A DNA stretch of 64,000 nt from Balanoglossus misakiensis (lineage: Eukaryota > Animalia > Hemichordata). The stretch is taken from the NCBI GenBank assembly GCA_040954595.2, contig CM082584.2, positions 6,514,110 to 6,578,109 on the forward strand, read 5' to 3'. Under the pieces are notes generated by a model. That model did no database searches. It saw only the letters and a list, made by a program, of their open reading frames with translations, and had not been told where the DNA came from. Of this stretch, positions 52,092 to 64,000 are shown one piece after another. The translations under genes and the position numbers were made by a program. Within the stretch, counting starts at the first letter, position 1. The number at the start of each line of letters is the position of its first letter.

Positions 52092-55000
52092 AGATCATTG
52101 TAGTTATGCTGCAATATAGTGCGGTAAATTTCCGACTCTTTCGAGCACACATCGTGATGGCGAAGGGTTCAGGAAAGCTTGACTTTTACCTGAAGGTGTC
52201 AACTGATGTTGGTTCGAGACCACTTTTTTCTATTTCTTTTTTTTGTGAGAACTTTTAACGACATTATCATTGTAATTTTTACCATTTTCATAAATCCAAT
52301 TCATTTCAATATCTACGCTGCGTTTTTTATCTGTCGGGTATAAGAAACATGCAGGGAAATTTGTTCATTTTTTTTGTCGCGGTTCACTTTTTTGGGGCAA
52401 GTCTGAATACGGAGTGCTCAGCAGAGAGAAAGATAAACTCGCTAAAACCGTGTCTTTCCGCCCGCATGACCAACCAAGGAGCGAAAAAGTCGTCATTTGG
52501 GTCGTAATAAAACGTTTTTGTCGTCGAGGAGTGAAGAAAGAACGGTCAGATCGTTGCGGTGCAGGGAACTCTTATTTGCACCGCAGCGGTGAGAACTCTT
52601 ATTTGCACCGCTGCGGTGCAAATAAGAGTTCGCACCGCTGCGGTGCAAATAAGATCATTGGAGTTATGCTGCAATATAGTGCGGAAAATTTCCGACTTTT
52701 TTGAGAGCACATCGGGATGGCGAAGTGGTCAGGAAGGCTTGACTTTTACCTGAAGGTGTCAACTGATGTTGGTTCGAGACCACTTTTTTTTCTATTTCTT
52801 TTTTTTTGTAAGAACTTTTAACGACATTATCATTGTAATTTTTACCATTTTCATAAATCCAATTCATTTCAATATCTACGCTGCGTTTTTTATCTGTCGG
52901 GTATAAGAAACATGCAGGGAAATTTGTTCATTTTTTTTGTCGCGGTTCACTTTTTTGGGGCAAGTCTGAATACGGAGTGCTCAGCAGAGAGAAAGATAAA
53001 CTCGCTAAAACCGTGTCTTTCCGCCCGCATGACCAACCAAGGAGCGAAAAAGTCGTCATTTGGGTCGTAATAAAACGTTTTTGTCGTCGAGGAGTGAATA
53101 AAGAACGGTCAGATCGTTGCGGTGCAGGGAACTCTTATTTGCACCGCAGCGGTGAGAACTCTTATTTGCACCGCTGCGGTGCAAATAAGAGTTCGCACCG
53201 CTGCGGTGCAAATAAGATCATTGGAGTTATGCTGCAATATAGTGCGGAAAATTTCCAATTTTTTTGAGAACACATCGGGATGGCGAAGTGGTCAGGAAGG
53301 CTTGACTTTTACCTGAAGGTGTCAACTGATGTTGGTTCGAGACCACTTTTTTTTCTATTTCTTTTTTTTGTAAGAACTTTTAACGACATTATCATTGTAA
53401 TTTTTACCATTTTCATAAATCCAATTCATTTCAATATCTACGCTGCGTTTTTTATCTGTCGGGTATAAGAAACATGCAGGGAAATTTGTTCATTTTTTTT
53501 GTCGCGGTTCACTTTTTTGAGGCAAGTCTGAATACGGAGTGCTCAGCAGAGAGAAAGATAAACGCGCTAAAACCGTGTCTTTCCGCCCGCATGACCAACC
53601 AAGGAGCGAAAAAGTCGTCATTTGGGTCGTAATAAAACGTTTTTGTCGTCGAGGAGTGAATAAAGAACGGTCAGATCGTTGCGGTGCAGGGAACTCTTAT
53701 TTGCACCGCAGCGGTGAGAACTCTTATTTGCACCGCTGCGGTGCAAATAAGAGTTCGCACCGCTGCGGTGCAAATAAGATCATTGGAGTTATGCTGCAAT
53801 ATAGTGCGGAAAATTTCCGACATTTTTGAGAACACATCGGGATGGCGAAGTGGTCAGGAAGGCTTGACTTTTACCTGAAGGTGTCAACTGATGTTGGTTC
53901 GAGACCACTTTTTTTTCTATTTCTTTTTTTTTGTAAGAACTTTTAACGACATTATCATTGTAATTTTTACCATTTTCATAAATCCAATTCATTTCAATAT
54001 CTACGCTGCGTTTTTTATCTGTCGGGTATAAGAAACATGCAGGGAAATTTGTTCATTTTTTTTGTCGCGGTTCACTTTTTTGGGGCAAGTCTGAATACGG
54101 AGTGCTCAGCAGAGAGAAAGATAAACTCGCTAAAACCGTGTCTTTCCGCCCGCATGACCAACCAAGGAGCGAAAAAGTCGTCATTTGGGTCGTAATAAAA
54201 CGTTTTTGTCGTCGAGGAGTGAATAAAGAACGGTCAGATCGTTGCGGTGCAGGGAACTCTTATTTGCACCGCAGCGGTGAGAACTCTTATTTGCACCGCT
54301 GCGGTGCAAATAAGAGTTCGCACCGCTGCGGTGCAAATAAGATCATTGGAGTTATGCTGCAATATAGTGCGGAAAATTTCCGACTTTTTTGAGAGCACAT
54401 CGGGATGGCGAAGTGGTCAGGAAGGCTTGACTTTTACCTGAAGGTGTCAACTGATGTTGGTTCGAGACCACTTTTTTTTCTATTTCTTTTTTTTTGTAAG
54501 AACTTTTAACGACATTATCATTGTAATTTTTACCATTTTCATAAATCCAATTCATTTCAATATCTACGCTGCGTTTTTTATCTGTCGGGTATAAGAAACA
54601 TGCAGGGAAATTTGTTCATTTTTTTTGTCGCGGTTCACTTTTTTGGGGCAAGTCTGAATACGGAGTGCTCAGCAGAGAGAAAGATAAACTCGCTAAAACC
54701 GTGTCTTTCCGCCCGCATGACCAACCAAGGAGCGAAAAAGTCGTCATTTGGGTCGTAATAAAACGTTTTTGTCGTCGAGGAGTGAATAAAGAACGGTCAG
54801 ATCGTTGCGGTGCAGGGAACTCTTATTTGCACCGCAGCGGTGAGAACTCTTATTTGCACCGCTGCGGTGCAAATAAGAGTTCGCACCGCTGCGGTGCAAA
54901 TAAGATCATTGGAGTTATGCTGCAATATAGTGCGGAAAATTTCCAATTTTTTTGAGAACACATCGGGATGGCGAAGTGATCAGGAAGGCTTGACTTTTAC

Positions 55001-56576
55001 CTGAAGGTGTCAACTGATGTTGGTTCGAGACCACTTTTTTTTCTATTTCTTTTTTTTGTAAGAACTTTTAACGACATTATCATTGTAATTTTTACCATTT
55101 TCATAAATCCAATTCATTTCAATATCTACGCTGCGTTTTTTATCTGTCGGGTATAAGAAACATGCAGGGAAATTTGTTCATTTTTTTTGTCGCGGTTCAC
55201 TTTTTTGAGGCAAGTCTGAATACGGAGTGCTCAGCAGAGAGAAAGATAAACTCGCTAAAACCGTGTCTTTCCGCCCGCATGACCAACCAAGGAGCGAAAA
55301 AGTCGTCATTTGGGTCGTAATAAAACGTTTTTGTCGTCGAGGAGTGAATAAAGAACGGTCAGATCGTTGCGGTGCAGGGAACTCTTATTTGCACCGCAGC
55401 GGTGAGAACTCTTATTTGCACCGCTGCGGTGCAAATAAGAGTTCGCACCGCTGCGGTGCAAATAAGATCATTGGAGTTATGCTGCAATATAGTGCGGAAA
55501 ATTTCCGACTTTTTTGAGAACACATCGGGATGGCGAAGTGGTCAGGAAGGCTTGACTTTTACCTGAAGGTGTCAACTGATGTTGGTTCGAGACCACTTTT
55601 TTTTCTATTTCTTTTTTTTTGTAAGAACTTTTAACGACATTATCATTGTAATTTTTACCATTTTCATAAATCCAATTCATTTCAATATCTACGCTGCGTT
55701 TTTTATCTGTCGGGTATAAGAAACATGCAGGGAAATTTGTTCATTTTTTTTGTCGCGGTTCACTTTTTTGGGGCAAGTCTGAATACGGAGTGCTCAGCAG
55801 AGAGACAGATAAACTCGCTAAAACCGTGTCTTTCCGCCCGCATGACCAACCAAGGAGCGAAAAAGTCGTCATTTGGGTCGTAATAAAACGTTTTTGTCGT
55901 CGAGGAGTGAATAAAGAACGGTCAGATCGTTGCGGTGCAGGGAACTCTTATTTGCACCGCAGCGGTGAGAACTCTTATTTGCACCGCTGCGGTGCAAATA
56001 AGAGTTCGCACCGCTGCGGTGCAAATAAGATCATTGGAGTTATGCTGCAATATAGTGCGGAAAATTTCCAAATTTTTTGAGTACCGCTGCGGTGCAAATA
56101 AGAGTTCGCACCGCTGCGGTGCAAATAAGATCATTGGAGTTATGCTGCAATATAGTGCGGAAAATTTCCAAATTTTTTGAGTACACATCGGGATGGCGAA
56201 GGGGTCAGGAAGGCTTGACTTTTACCTGAAGGTGTCAACTGATGTTGGTTCGAGACCACTTTTTTCTATTTCTTTTTTTTGTGAGAACTTTTAACGACAT
56301 TATCATTGTAATTTTTACCATTTTCATAAATCCAATTCATTTCAATATCTACGCTGCGTTTTTTATCTGTCGGGTATAAGAAACATGCAGGGAAATTTGT
56401 TCATTTTTTTTTGTCGCGGTTCACTTTTTTGGGGCAAGTCTGAATACGGAGTGCTCAGCAGAGAGAAAGATAAACTCGCTAAAACCGTGTCTTTCCGCCC
56501 GCATGACCAACCAAGGAGCGAAAATGTCGTTATTTAGGCCGTAATAAAACGTTTTTGTCGCCGAGGAGTGAAGAAA
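52092..56576. repeat. Tandem array of ~563-bp units (8 cores, 7 palindromic junctions)
   Basis: Near-identical ORF starts at 52414, 52977, 53539, 54102, 54665, 55227, 55790 (spacing 562-563); the last unit has an extra 100-bp duplication (~55983-56182). Confidence 0.97.
52711..52791 (+). ncRNA. tRNA-like Pol III cassette (tRNA-Lys(UUU)-like pseudo-tRNA or SINE head); copies start at 52151, 52711, 53274, 53836, 54399, 54962, 55524, 56187
   Basis: A box TGGCGAAGTGG (52718-28), GACTTTTACCTGAAGGT similar to the tRNA-Lys anticodon arm GACTTTTAATCTGAGGGT, B box GGTTCGAGACC (52771-81), then a T8 terminator. The cloverleaf stems are degenerate, so this is not a canonical tRNA. Confidence 0.6.
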
Positions 56577-59500
56577 ATTGTCAAAAAATGAGAAATTTCC
56601 GAACTTGAGAACTTTGGTGAATATGTCAATTTCGGTCATTTTTCATGTGTTATAGCTCATGAAAATCATCCGAAAATGACAATTTTTCGACTTTGCGAGA
56701 TATCAAATTTTCTTCGATTTTTGATAAAAACCATGGGTTATAGCTCATGAAAATCATCCGAAAATGACTATTTTTCGACTTTGCGAGATATCACAATTTC
56801 TTCGATTTTTGATAAAAACCATGGGTTATAGCTCATGAAAATCATCCGAAAATCACAATTTTTCGACTTTGCGAGATATCAAAATTTCTTCGATTTTTGA
56901 TAAAAACCATGGGTTATAGCTCATGAAAATCATCCGAAAATGACAATTTTTCGACTTTGCGGGAAATCAAAATTTCTTCGATTTTTGATAAAAACCATGG
57001 GTTATAGCTCATGAAAATCATCCGAAAATGACAATTTTTCGACTTTGCGAGATATCAAAATTTCTTCGATTTTTGATAAAAACCATGGGTTATAGCTCAT
57101 GAAAATCATCCGAAAATGACAATTTTTCGACTTTGCGAGATATCAAAATTTCTTCGATTTTTGATAAAAACCATGGGTTATAGCTCATGAAAATCATCCG
57201 AAAATGACAATTTTTCGACTTTGCGAGATATCAAATGTTCTTCGTTTTTGATAAAAAACATGGGTTATAGCTCATGAAAATCATCCGAAAATGACAATTT
57301 TTCGACTTTGCGAGATATCAAAATTTCTTCGATTTTTGATAAAAACCATGGGTTATAGCTCATGAAAATCATCCGAAAATGACAATTTTTCGACTTTGCG
57401 AGAAATCAAAATTTCTTCGATTTTTGATAAAAACCATGGGTTATAGCTCATGAAAATCATCCGAAAATGACAATTTTTCGACTTTGCGAGATATCAAAAT
57501 TTCTTCGATTTTTGATAAAAACCATGGGTTATAGCTCATGAAAATCATCCGAAAATGACAATTTTTCGACTTTGCGAGATATCAAAATTTCTTCGATTTT
57601 TGATAAAAACCAAGGGTTATAGCTCATGAAAATCATCCGAAAATGACAATTTTTCGACTTTGCGAGATATCAAATTTTCTTCGATTTTTGATAAAAACCA
57701 TGGGTTATAGCTCATGAAAATCATCCGAAAATGACAATTTTTCGACTTTGCGAGATATCAAAATTTCTTCGATTTTTGATAAAAACCATGGGTTATAGCT
57801 CATGAAAATCATCCGAAAATGACAATTTTTCGACTTTGCGAGATATCAAATTTTCTTCGATTTTTGATAAAAACCATGGGTTATAGCTCATGAAAATCAT
57901 CCGAAAATGACAATTTTTCGACTTTGCGAGATATCAAAATTTCTTCGATTTTTGATAAAAACCATGGGTTATAGCTCATGAAAATCATCCGAAAATGACA
58001 ATTTTTCGACTTTGCGAGATATCAAAATTTCTTCGATTTTTGATAAAAACCATGGGTTATAGCTCATGAAAATCATCCGAAAATGACAATTTTTCGACTT
58101 TGCGAGATATCAAAATTTCTTCGATTTTTGATAAAAACCATGGGTTATAGCTCATGAAAATCATCCGAAAATGACAATTTTTCGACTTTGCAAGATATCA
58201 AAATTTCTTCGATTTTTGATAAAAACCATGGGTTATAGCTCATGAAAATCATCCGAAAATGACAATTTTTCGACTTTGCGAGATATCAAATTTTCTTCGA
58301 TTTTTGATAAAAACCATGGGTTATAGCTCATGAAAATCATCCGAAAATGACAATTTTTCGACTTTGCGAGATATCAAAATTTCTTCGATTTTTGATAAAA
58401 ACCATGGGTTATAGCTCATGAAAATCATCCGAAAATGACAATTTTTCGACTTTGCGAGATATCAAAATTTCTTCGATTTTTGATAAAAACCATGGGTTAT
58501 AGCTCATGAAAATCATCCGAAAATGACAATTTTTCGACTTTGCGAGATATCAAAATTTCTTCGATTTTTGATAAAAACCAAGGGTTATAGCTCATGAAAA
58601 TCATCCGAAAATGACAATTTTTCGACTTTGCGAGATATCAAAATTTCTTCGATTTTTGATAAAAACCATGGGTTATAGCTCATGAAAATCATCCGAAAAT
58701 GACAATTTTTCGACTTTGCGAGATATCAAAATTTCTTCGATTTTTGATAAAAACCATGGGTTATAGCTCATGAAAATCATCCGAAAATGACAATTTTTCG
58801 ACTTTGCGAGATATCAAAATTTCTTCGATTTTTGATAAAAACCATGGGTTATAGCTCATGAAAATCATCCGAAAATGACAATTTTTCGACTTTGCGAGAT
58901 ATCAAATTTTCTTCGATTTTTGATGAAAACCATGGGTTATAGCTCATGAAAATCATCCGAAAATGACAATTTTTCGACTTTGCGAGATATCAAAATTTCT
59001 TCGATTTTTGATAAAAACCATGGGTTATAGCTCATGAAAATCATCCGAAAATGACAATTTTTCGACTTTGCGAGATATCAAAATTTCTTCGATTTTTGAT
59101 AAAAACCATGGGTTATAGCTCATGAAAATCATCCGAAAATGACAATTTTTCGACTTTGCGAGATATCAAATTTTCTTCGATTTTTGATAAAAACCATGGG
59201 TTATAGCTCATGAAAATCATCCGAAAATGACAATTTTTCGACTTTGCGAGATATCAAAATTTCTTCGATTTTTGATAAAAACCATGGGTTATAGCTCATG
59301 AAAATCATCCGAAAATGACAATTTTTCGACTTTGCGAGATATCAAAATTTCTTCGATTTTTGATGAAAACCATGGGTTATAGCTCATGAAAATCATCCGA
59401 AAATGACAATTTTTCGACTTTGCGAGATATCAAAATTTCTTCGATTTTTGATAAAAACCAAGGGTTATAGCTCATGAAAATCATCCGAAAATGACAATTT

Positions 59501-62500
59501 TTCGACTTTGCGAGATATCAAATTTTCTTCGATTTTTGATAAAAACCATGGGTTATAGCTCATGAAAATCATCCGAAAATGACAATTTTTCGACTTTGCG
59601 AGATATCAAAATTTCTTCGATTTTTGATAAAAACCATGGGTTATAGCTCATGAAAATCATCCGAAAATGACAATTTTTCGACTTTGCGAGATATCAAAAT
59701 TTCTTCGATTTTTGATAAAAACCATGGGTTATAGCTCATGAAAATCATCCGAAAATGACAATTTTTCGACTTTGCGAGATATCAAATTTTCTTCGATTTT
59801 TGATAAAAACCATGGGTTATAGCTCATGAAAATCATCCGAAAATGACAATTTTTCGACTTTGCGAGATATCAAAATTTCTTCGATTTTTGATAAAAACCA
59901 TGGGTTATAGCTCATGAAAATCATCCGAAAATGACAATTTTTCGACTTTGCGAGATATCAAAATTTCTTCGATTTTTGATAAAAACCATGGGTTATAGCT
60001 CATGAAAATCATCCGAAAATGACAATTTTTCGACTTTGCGAGATATCAAAATTTCTTCGATTTTTGATAAAAACCATGGGTTATAGCTCATGAAAATCAT
60101 CCGAAAATGACAATTTTTCGACTTTGCGAGATATCAAAATTTCTTCGATTTTTGATAAAAACCATGGGTTATAGCTCATGAAAATCATCCGAAAATGACA
60201 ATTTTTTGACTTTGCGAGATATCAAAATTTCTTCGATTTTTGATAAAAACCATGGGTTATAGCTCATGAAAATCATCCGAAAATGACAATTTTTCGACTT
60301 TGCGAAATTTCAAAATTTCTTCGATTTTTGATAAAAACCATGGGTTATAGCTCATGAAAATCATCCGAAAATGACAATTTTTCGACTTTGCGAGATATCA
60401 AAATTTCTTCGATTTTTGATAAAAACCATGGGTTATAGCTCATGAAAATCATCCGAAAATGACAATTTTTCGACTTTGCGAAATTTCAAAATTTCTTCGA
60501 TTTTTGATAAAAACCATGGGTTATAGCTCATGAAAATCATCCGAAAATGACAATTTTTCGACTTTGCGAGATATCAAAATTTCTTCGATTTTTGATAAAA
60601 ACCATGGGTTATAGCTCATGAAAATCATCCGAAAATGACAATTTTTCGACTTTGCGAAATTTCAAAATTTCTTCGATTTTTGATAAAAACCATGGGTTAT
60701 AGCTCATGAAAATCATCCGAAAATGACAATTTTTCGACTTTGCGAGATATCAAAATTTCTTCGATTTTTGATAAAAACCATGGGTTATAGCTCATGAAAA
60801 TCATCCGAAAATGACAATTTTTCGACTTTGCGAGATATCGAAATTTCTTCGATTTTTGATAAAAACCATGGGTTATAGCTCATGAAAATCATCCGAAAAT
60901 GACAATTTTTCGACTTTGCGAAATTTCAAAATTTCTTCGATTTTTGATAAAAACCATGGGTTATAGCTCATGAAAATCATCCGAAAATGACAATTTTTCG
61001 ACTTTGCGAGATATCAAAATTTCTTCGATTTTTGATAAAAACCATGGGTTATAGCTCATGAAAATCATCCGAAAATGACAATTTTTCGACTTTGCGAAAT
61101 TTCAAAATTTCTTCGATTTTTGATAAAAACCATGGGTTATAGCTCATGAAAATCATCCGAAAATGACAATTTTTCGACTTTGCGGGATATCAAAATTTCT
61201 TCGATTTTTGATAAAAACCATGGGTTATAGCTCATGAAAATCATCCGAAAATGACAATTTTTCGACTTTGCGAGATATCAAAATTTATTCGATTTTTGAT
61301 AAAAACCATGGGTTATAGCTCATGAAAATCATCCGAAAATGACAATTTTTCGACTTTGCGAGATATCAAAATTTCTTCGATTTTTGATAAAAACCATGGG
61401 TTATAGCTCATGAAAATCATCCGAAAATGACAATTTTTCGACTTTGCGAGATATGAAAATTTCTTCGATTTTTGATAAAAACCATGGGTTATAGCTCATG
61501 AAAATCATCCGAAAATGACAATTTTTCGACTTTGCGAGATATCAAAATTTCTTCGATTTTTGATAAAAACCATGGGTTTTAGCTCATGAAAATCATCCGA
61601 AAATGACAATTTTTCGACTTTGCGAGATATCAAAATTTCTTCGATTTTTGATAAAAACCATGGGTTATAGCTCATGAAAATCATCCGAAAATGACAATTT
61701 TTCGACTTTGCGAGATATCAAAATTTCTTCTATTTTTGATAAAAACCATGGGTTATAGCTCATGAAAATCATCCGAAAATGACAATTTTTCGACTTTGCG
61801 AGATATCAAAATTTCTTCGATTTTTGATAAAAACCATGGGTTATAGCTCACGAAAATCATCCGAAAATGACAATTTTTCGACTTTGCGAGATATCAAAAT
61901 TTCTTCGATTTTTGATAAAAACCATGGGTTATAGCTCACGAAAATCATCCGAAAATGACAATTTTTCGACTTTGCGAGATATCAAATTTTCTTCGATTTT
62001 TGATAAAAAACATGGGTTATAGCTCACGAAAATCATCCGAAAATGACAATTTTTCGACTTTGCGAGATATCAAAATTTCTTCGATTTTTGATAAAAAGCA
62101 TGGGTTATAGCTCACGAAAATCATCCGAAAATGACAATTTTTCGACTTTGCGAGATATCAAAATTTCTTCGATTTTTGATAAAAACCATGGGTTATAGCT
62201 CACGAAAATCATCCGAAAATGACAATTTTTCGACTTTGCGAGATATCAAAATTTCTTCGATTTTTGATAAAAACCATGGGTTATAGCTCACGAAAATCAT
62301 CCGAAAATGACAATTTTTCGACTTTGCGAGATATCAAAATTTCTTCGATTTTTGATAAAAAACATGGGTTATAGCTCACGAAAATCATCCGAAAATGACA
62401 ATTTTTCGACTTTGCGAGAAATCAAAATTTCTTCGATTTTTGGTAAAAACCATGGGTTATAGCTCATGAAAATCATCCGAAAATGACAATTTTTCGACTT

Positions 62501-64000
62501 TGCGGGATATCAAAATTTCTTCGATTTTTGATAAAAACCATGGGTTATAGCTCATGAAAATCATCCCAAAATGACAATTTTTCGACTTTGCGAGATATCA
62601 AAATTTCTTCGATTTTTGATAAAAACCATGGGTTATAGCTCATGAAAATCATCCGAAAATGACAATTTTTCGACTTTGCGAGATATCAAAATTTCTTCGA
62701 TTTTTGATAAAAACCATGGGTTATAGCTCATGAAAATCATCCGAAAATGACAATTTTTCGACTTTGCGAGATATCAAAATTTCTTCGATTTTTGATAAAA
62801 ACCATGGGTTATAGCTCATGAAAATCATCCGAAAATGAGAATTTTTCGACTTTGCGCGAAATCAAAATTTCTTCGATTTTTGATAAAAACCATGGGTTAT
62901 AGCTCATGAAAATCATCCGAAAATGAGAATTTTTTCGACTTTGCGCGAAATCAAAATTTCTTCGATTTTTGATAAAAACCATGGGTTATAGCTCATGAAA
63001 ATCATCCCAAAATGACAATTTTTCGACTTTGCGGGATATCAAAATTTCTTCGATTTTTGATAAAAACCATGGGTTATAGCTCATGAAAATCATCCCAAAA
63101 TGACAATTTTTCGACTTTGCGAGATATCAAAATTTCTTCGAATTTTGATAAAAACCATGGGTTATAGCTCATGAAAATCATCCGAAAATGACAATTTTTC
63201 GACTTTGCGAGATATCAAAATTTCTTCGATTTTTGATAAAAACCATGGGTTATAGCTCATGAAAATCATCCGAAAATGACAATTTTTCGACTTTGCGAGA
63301 TATCAAAATTTCTTCGATTTTTGATAAAAACCATGGGTTATAGCTCATGAAAATCATCCGAAAATGACAATTTTTCGACTTTGCGAGATATCAAAATTTC
63401 TTCGATTTTTGATAAAAACCAAGGGTTATAGCTCATGAAAATCATCCGAAAATGACAATTTTTCGACTTTGCGAGATATCAAATTTTCTTCGATTTTTGA
63501 TAAAAACCATGGGTTATAGCTCATGAAAATCATCCGAAAATGACAATTTTTCGACTTTGCGAGATATCAAAATTTCTTCGATTTTTGATAAAAACCATGG
63601 GTTATAGCTCATGAAAATCATCCGAAAATGACAATTTTTCGACTTTGCGAGATATCAAAATTTCTTCGATTTTTGATAAAAACCATGGGTTATAGCTCAT
63701 GAAAATCATCCGAAAATGACAATTTTTCGACTTTGCGAGATATCAAATTTTCTTCGATTTTTGATGAAAACCATGGGTTATAGCTCATGAAAATCATCCG
63801 AAAATGACAATTTTTCGACTTTGCGAGATATCAAAATTTCTTCGATTTTTGATAAAAACCATGGGTTATAGCTCATGAAAATCATCCCGAAAATGACAAT
63901 TTTTCGACTTTGCGAGATATCAAAATTTCTTCGATTTTTGATAAAAACCATGGGTTATAGCTCATGAAAATCATCCGAAAATGACAATTTTTCGACTTTG
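56577..64000. repeat. 88-bp satellite, ~84 highly homogeneous copies, continuing beyond the window
   Basis: Consensus CATGGGTTATAGCTCATGAAAATCATCCGAAAATGACAATTTTTCGACTTTGCGAGATATCAAAATTTCTTCGATTTTTGATAAAAAC (e.g. 58051, 58139); the first unit (56577-56660) is the diverged variant type. Confidence 0.99.

Noticed and set aside
52711-52791. Functional tRNA-Lys(UUU) genes
   Set aside because: Acceptor, D and anticodon stems do not pair properly and the 3' acceptor strand is replaced by oligo-T; called tRNA-like only.
52414-56180. Repeated 96-aa, 64-aa and 67-aa ORFs in the 563-bp units
   Set aside because: No recognisable domain; several start at non-ATG codons, and they overlap in several frames across the palindrome. 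They are by-products of the repeat.
52092-56576. CRISPR-like look: palindromic repeats at regular spacing
   Set aside because: The intervening sequences are near-identical ~465-bp copies rather than unique spacers, there are no cas genes, and the context is eukaryotic.
56577-64000. Telomere-like GGGTTA in the satellite
   Set aside because: Only one hexamer per 88-bp unit and no (TTAGGG)n tract.

Overview
AT-rich, intron-rich animal genomic DNA; probably a marine invertebrate, and a non-vertebrate deuterostome is my guess (inference, not established). (1) 789-33558 (+): the last 13 coding exons of an FGF receptor gene (acidic linker, IgII, IgIII, TM, tyrosine kinase, C-tail); the 5' exons lie upstream of the window. 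All splice phases join into one open frame, and a candidate 93-nt cassette exon sits in the 15-kb IgIII intron. (2) A ~330-bp (CAT)n tract and possible decayed minus-strand exons at 34-37 kb. (3) A young, 5'-truncated CR1-clade LINE (-) at ~40.9-43.1 kb. (4) A complete 8-exon ZRANB2 gene (+) at 44117-47961. (5) From ~51.8 kb, a satellite edge: diverged 88-bp units, then eight tandem ~563-bp units, then >80 copies of a homogeneous 88-bp satellite running to the window end. Each 563-bp unit carries a tRNA-like Pol III cassette (A box, B box, oligo-T), and the units are joined by an 85-bp near-perfect palindrome. Introns hold several MITEs, one nested in another, and many probable transposon excision footprints. 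The most unusual observation is the tRNA-like/B-box array sitting between a housekeeping gene and the satellite.
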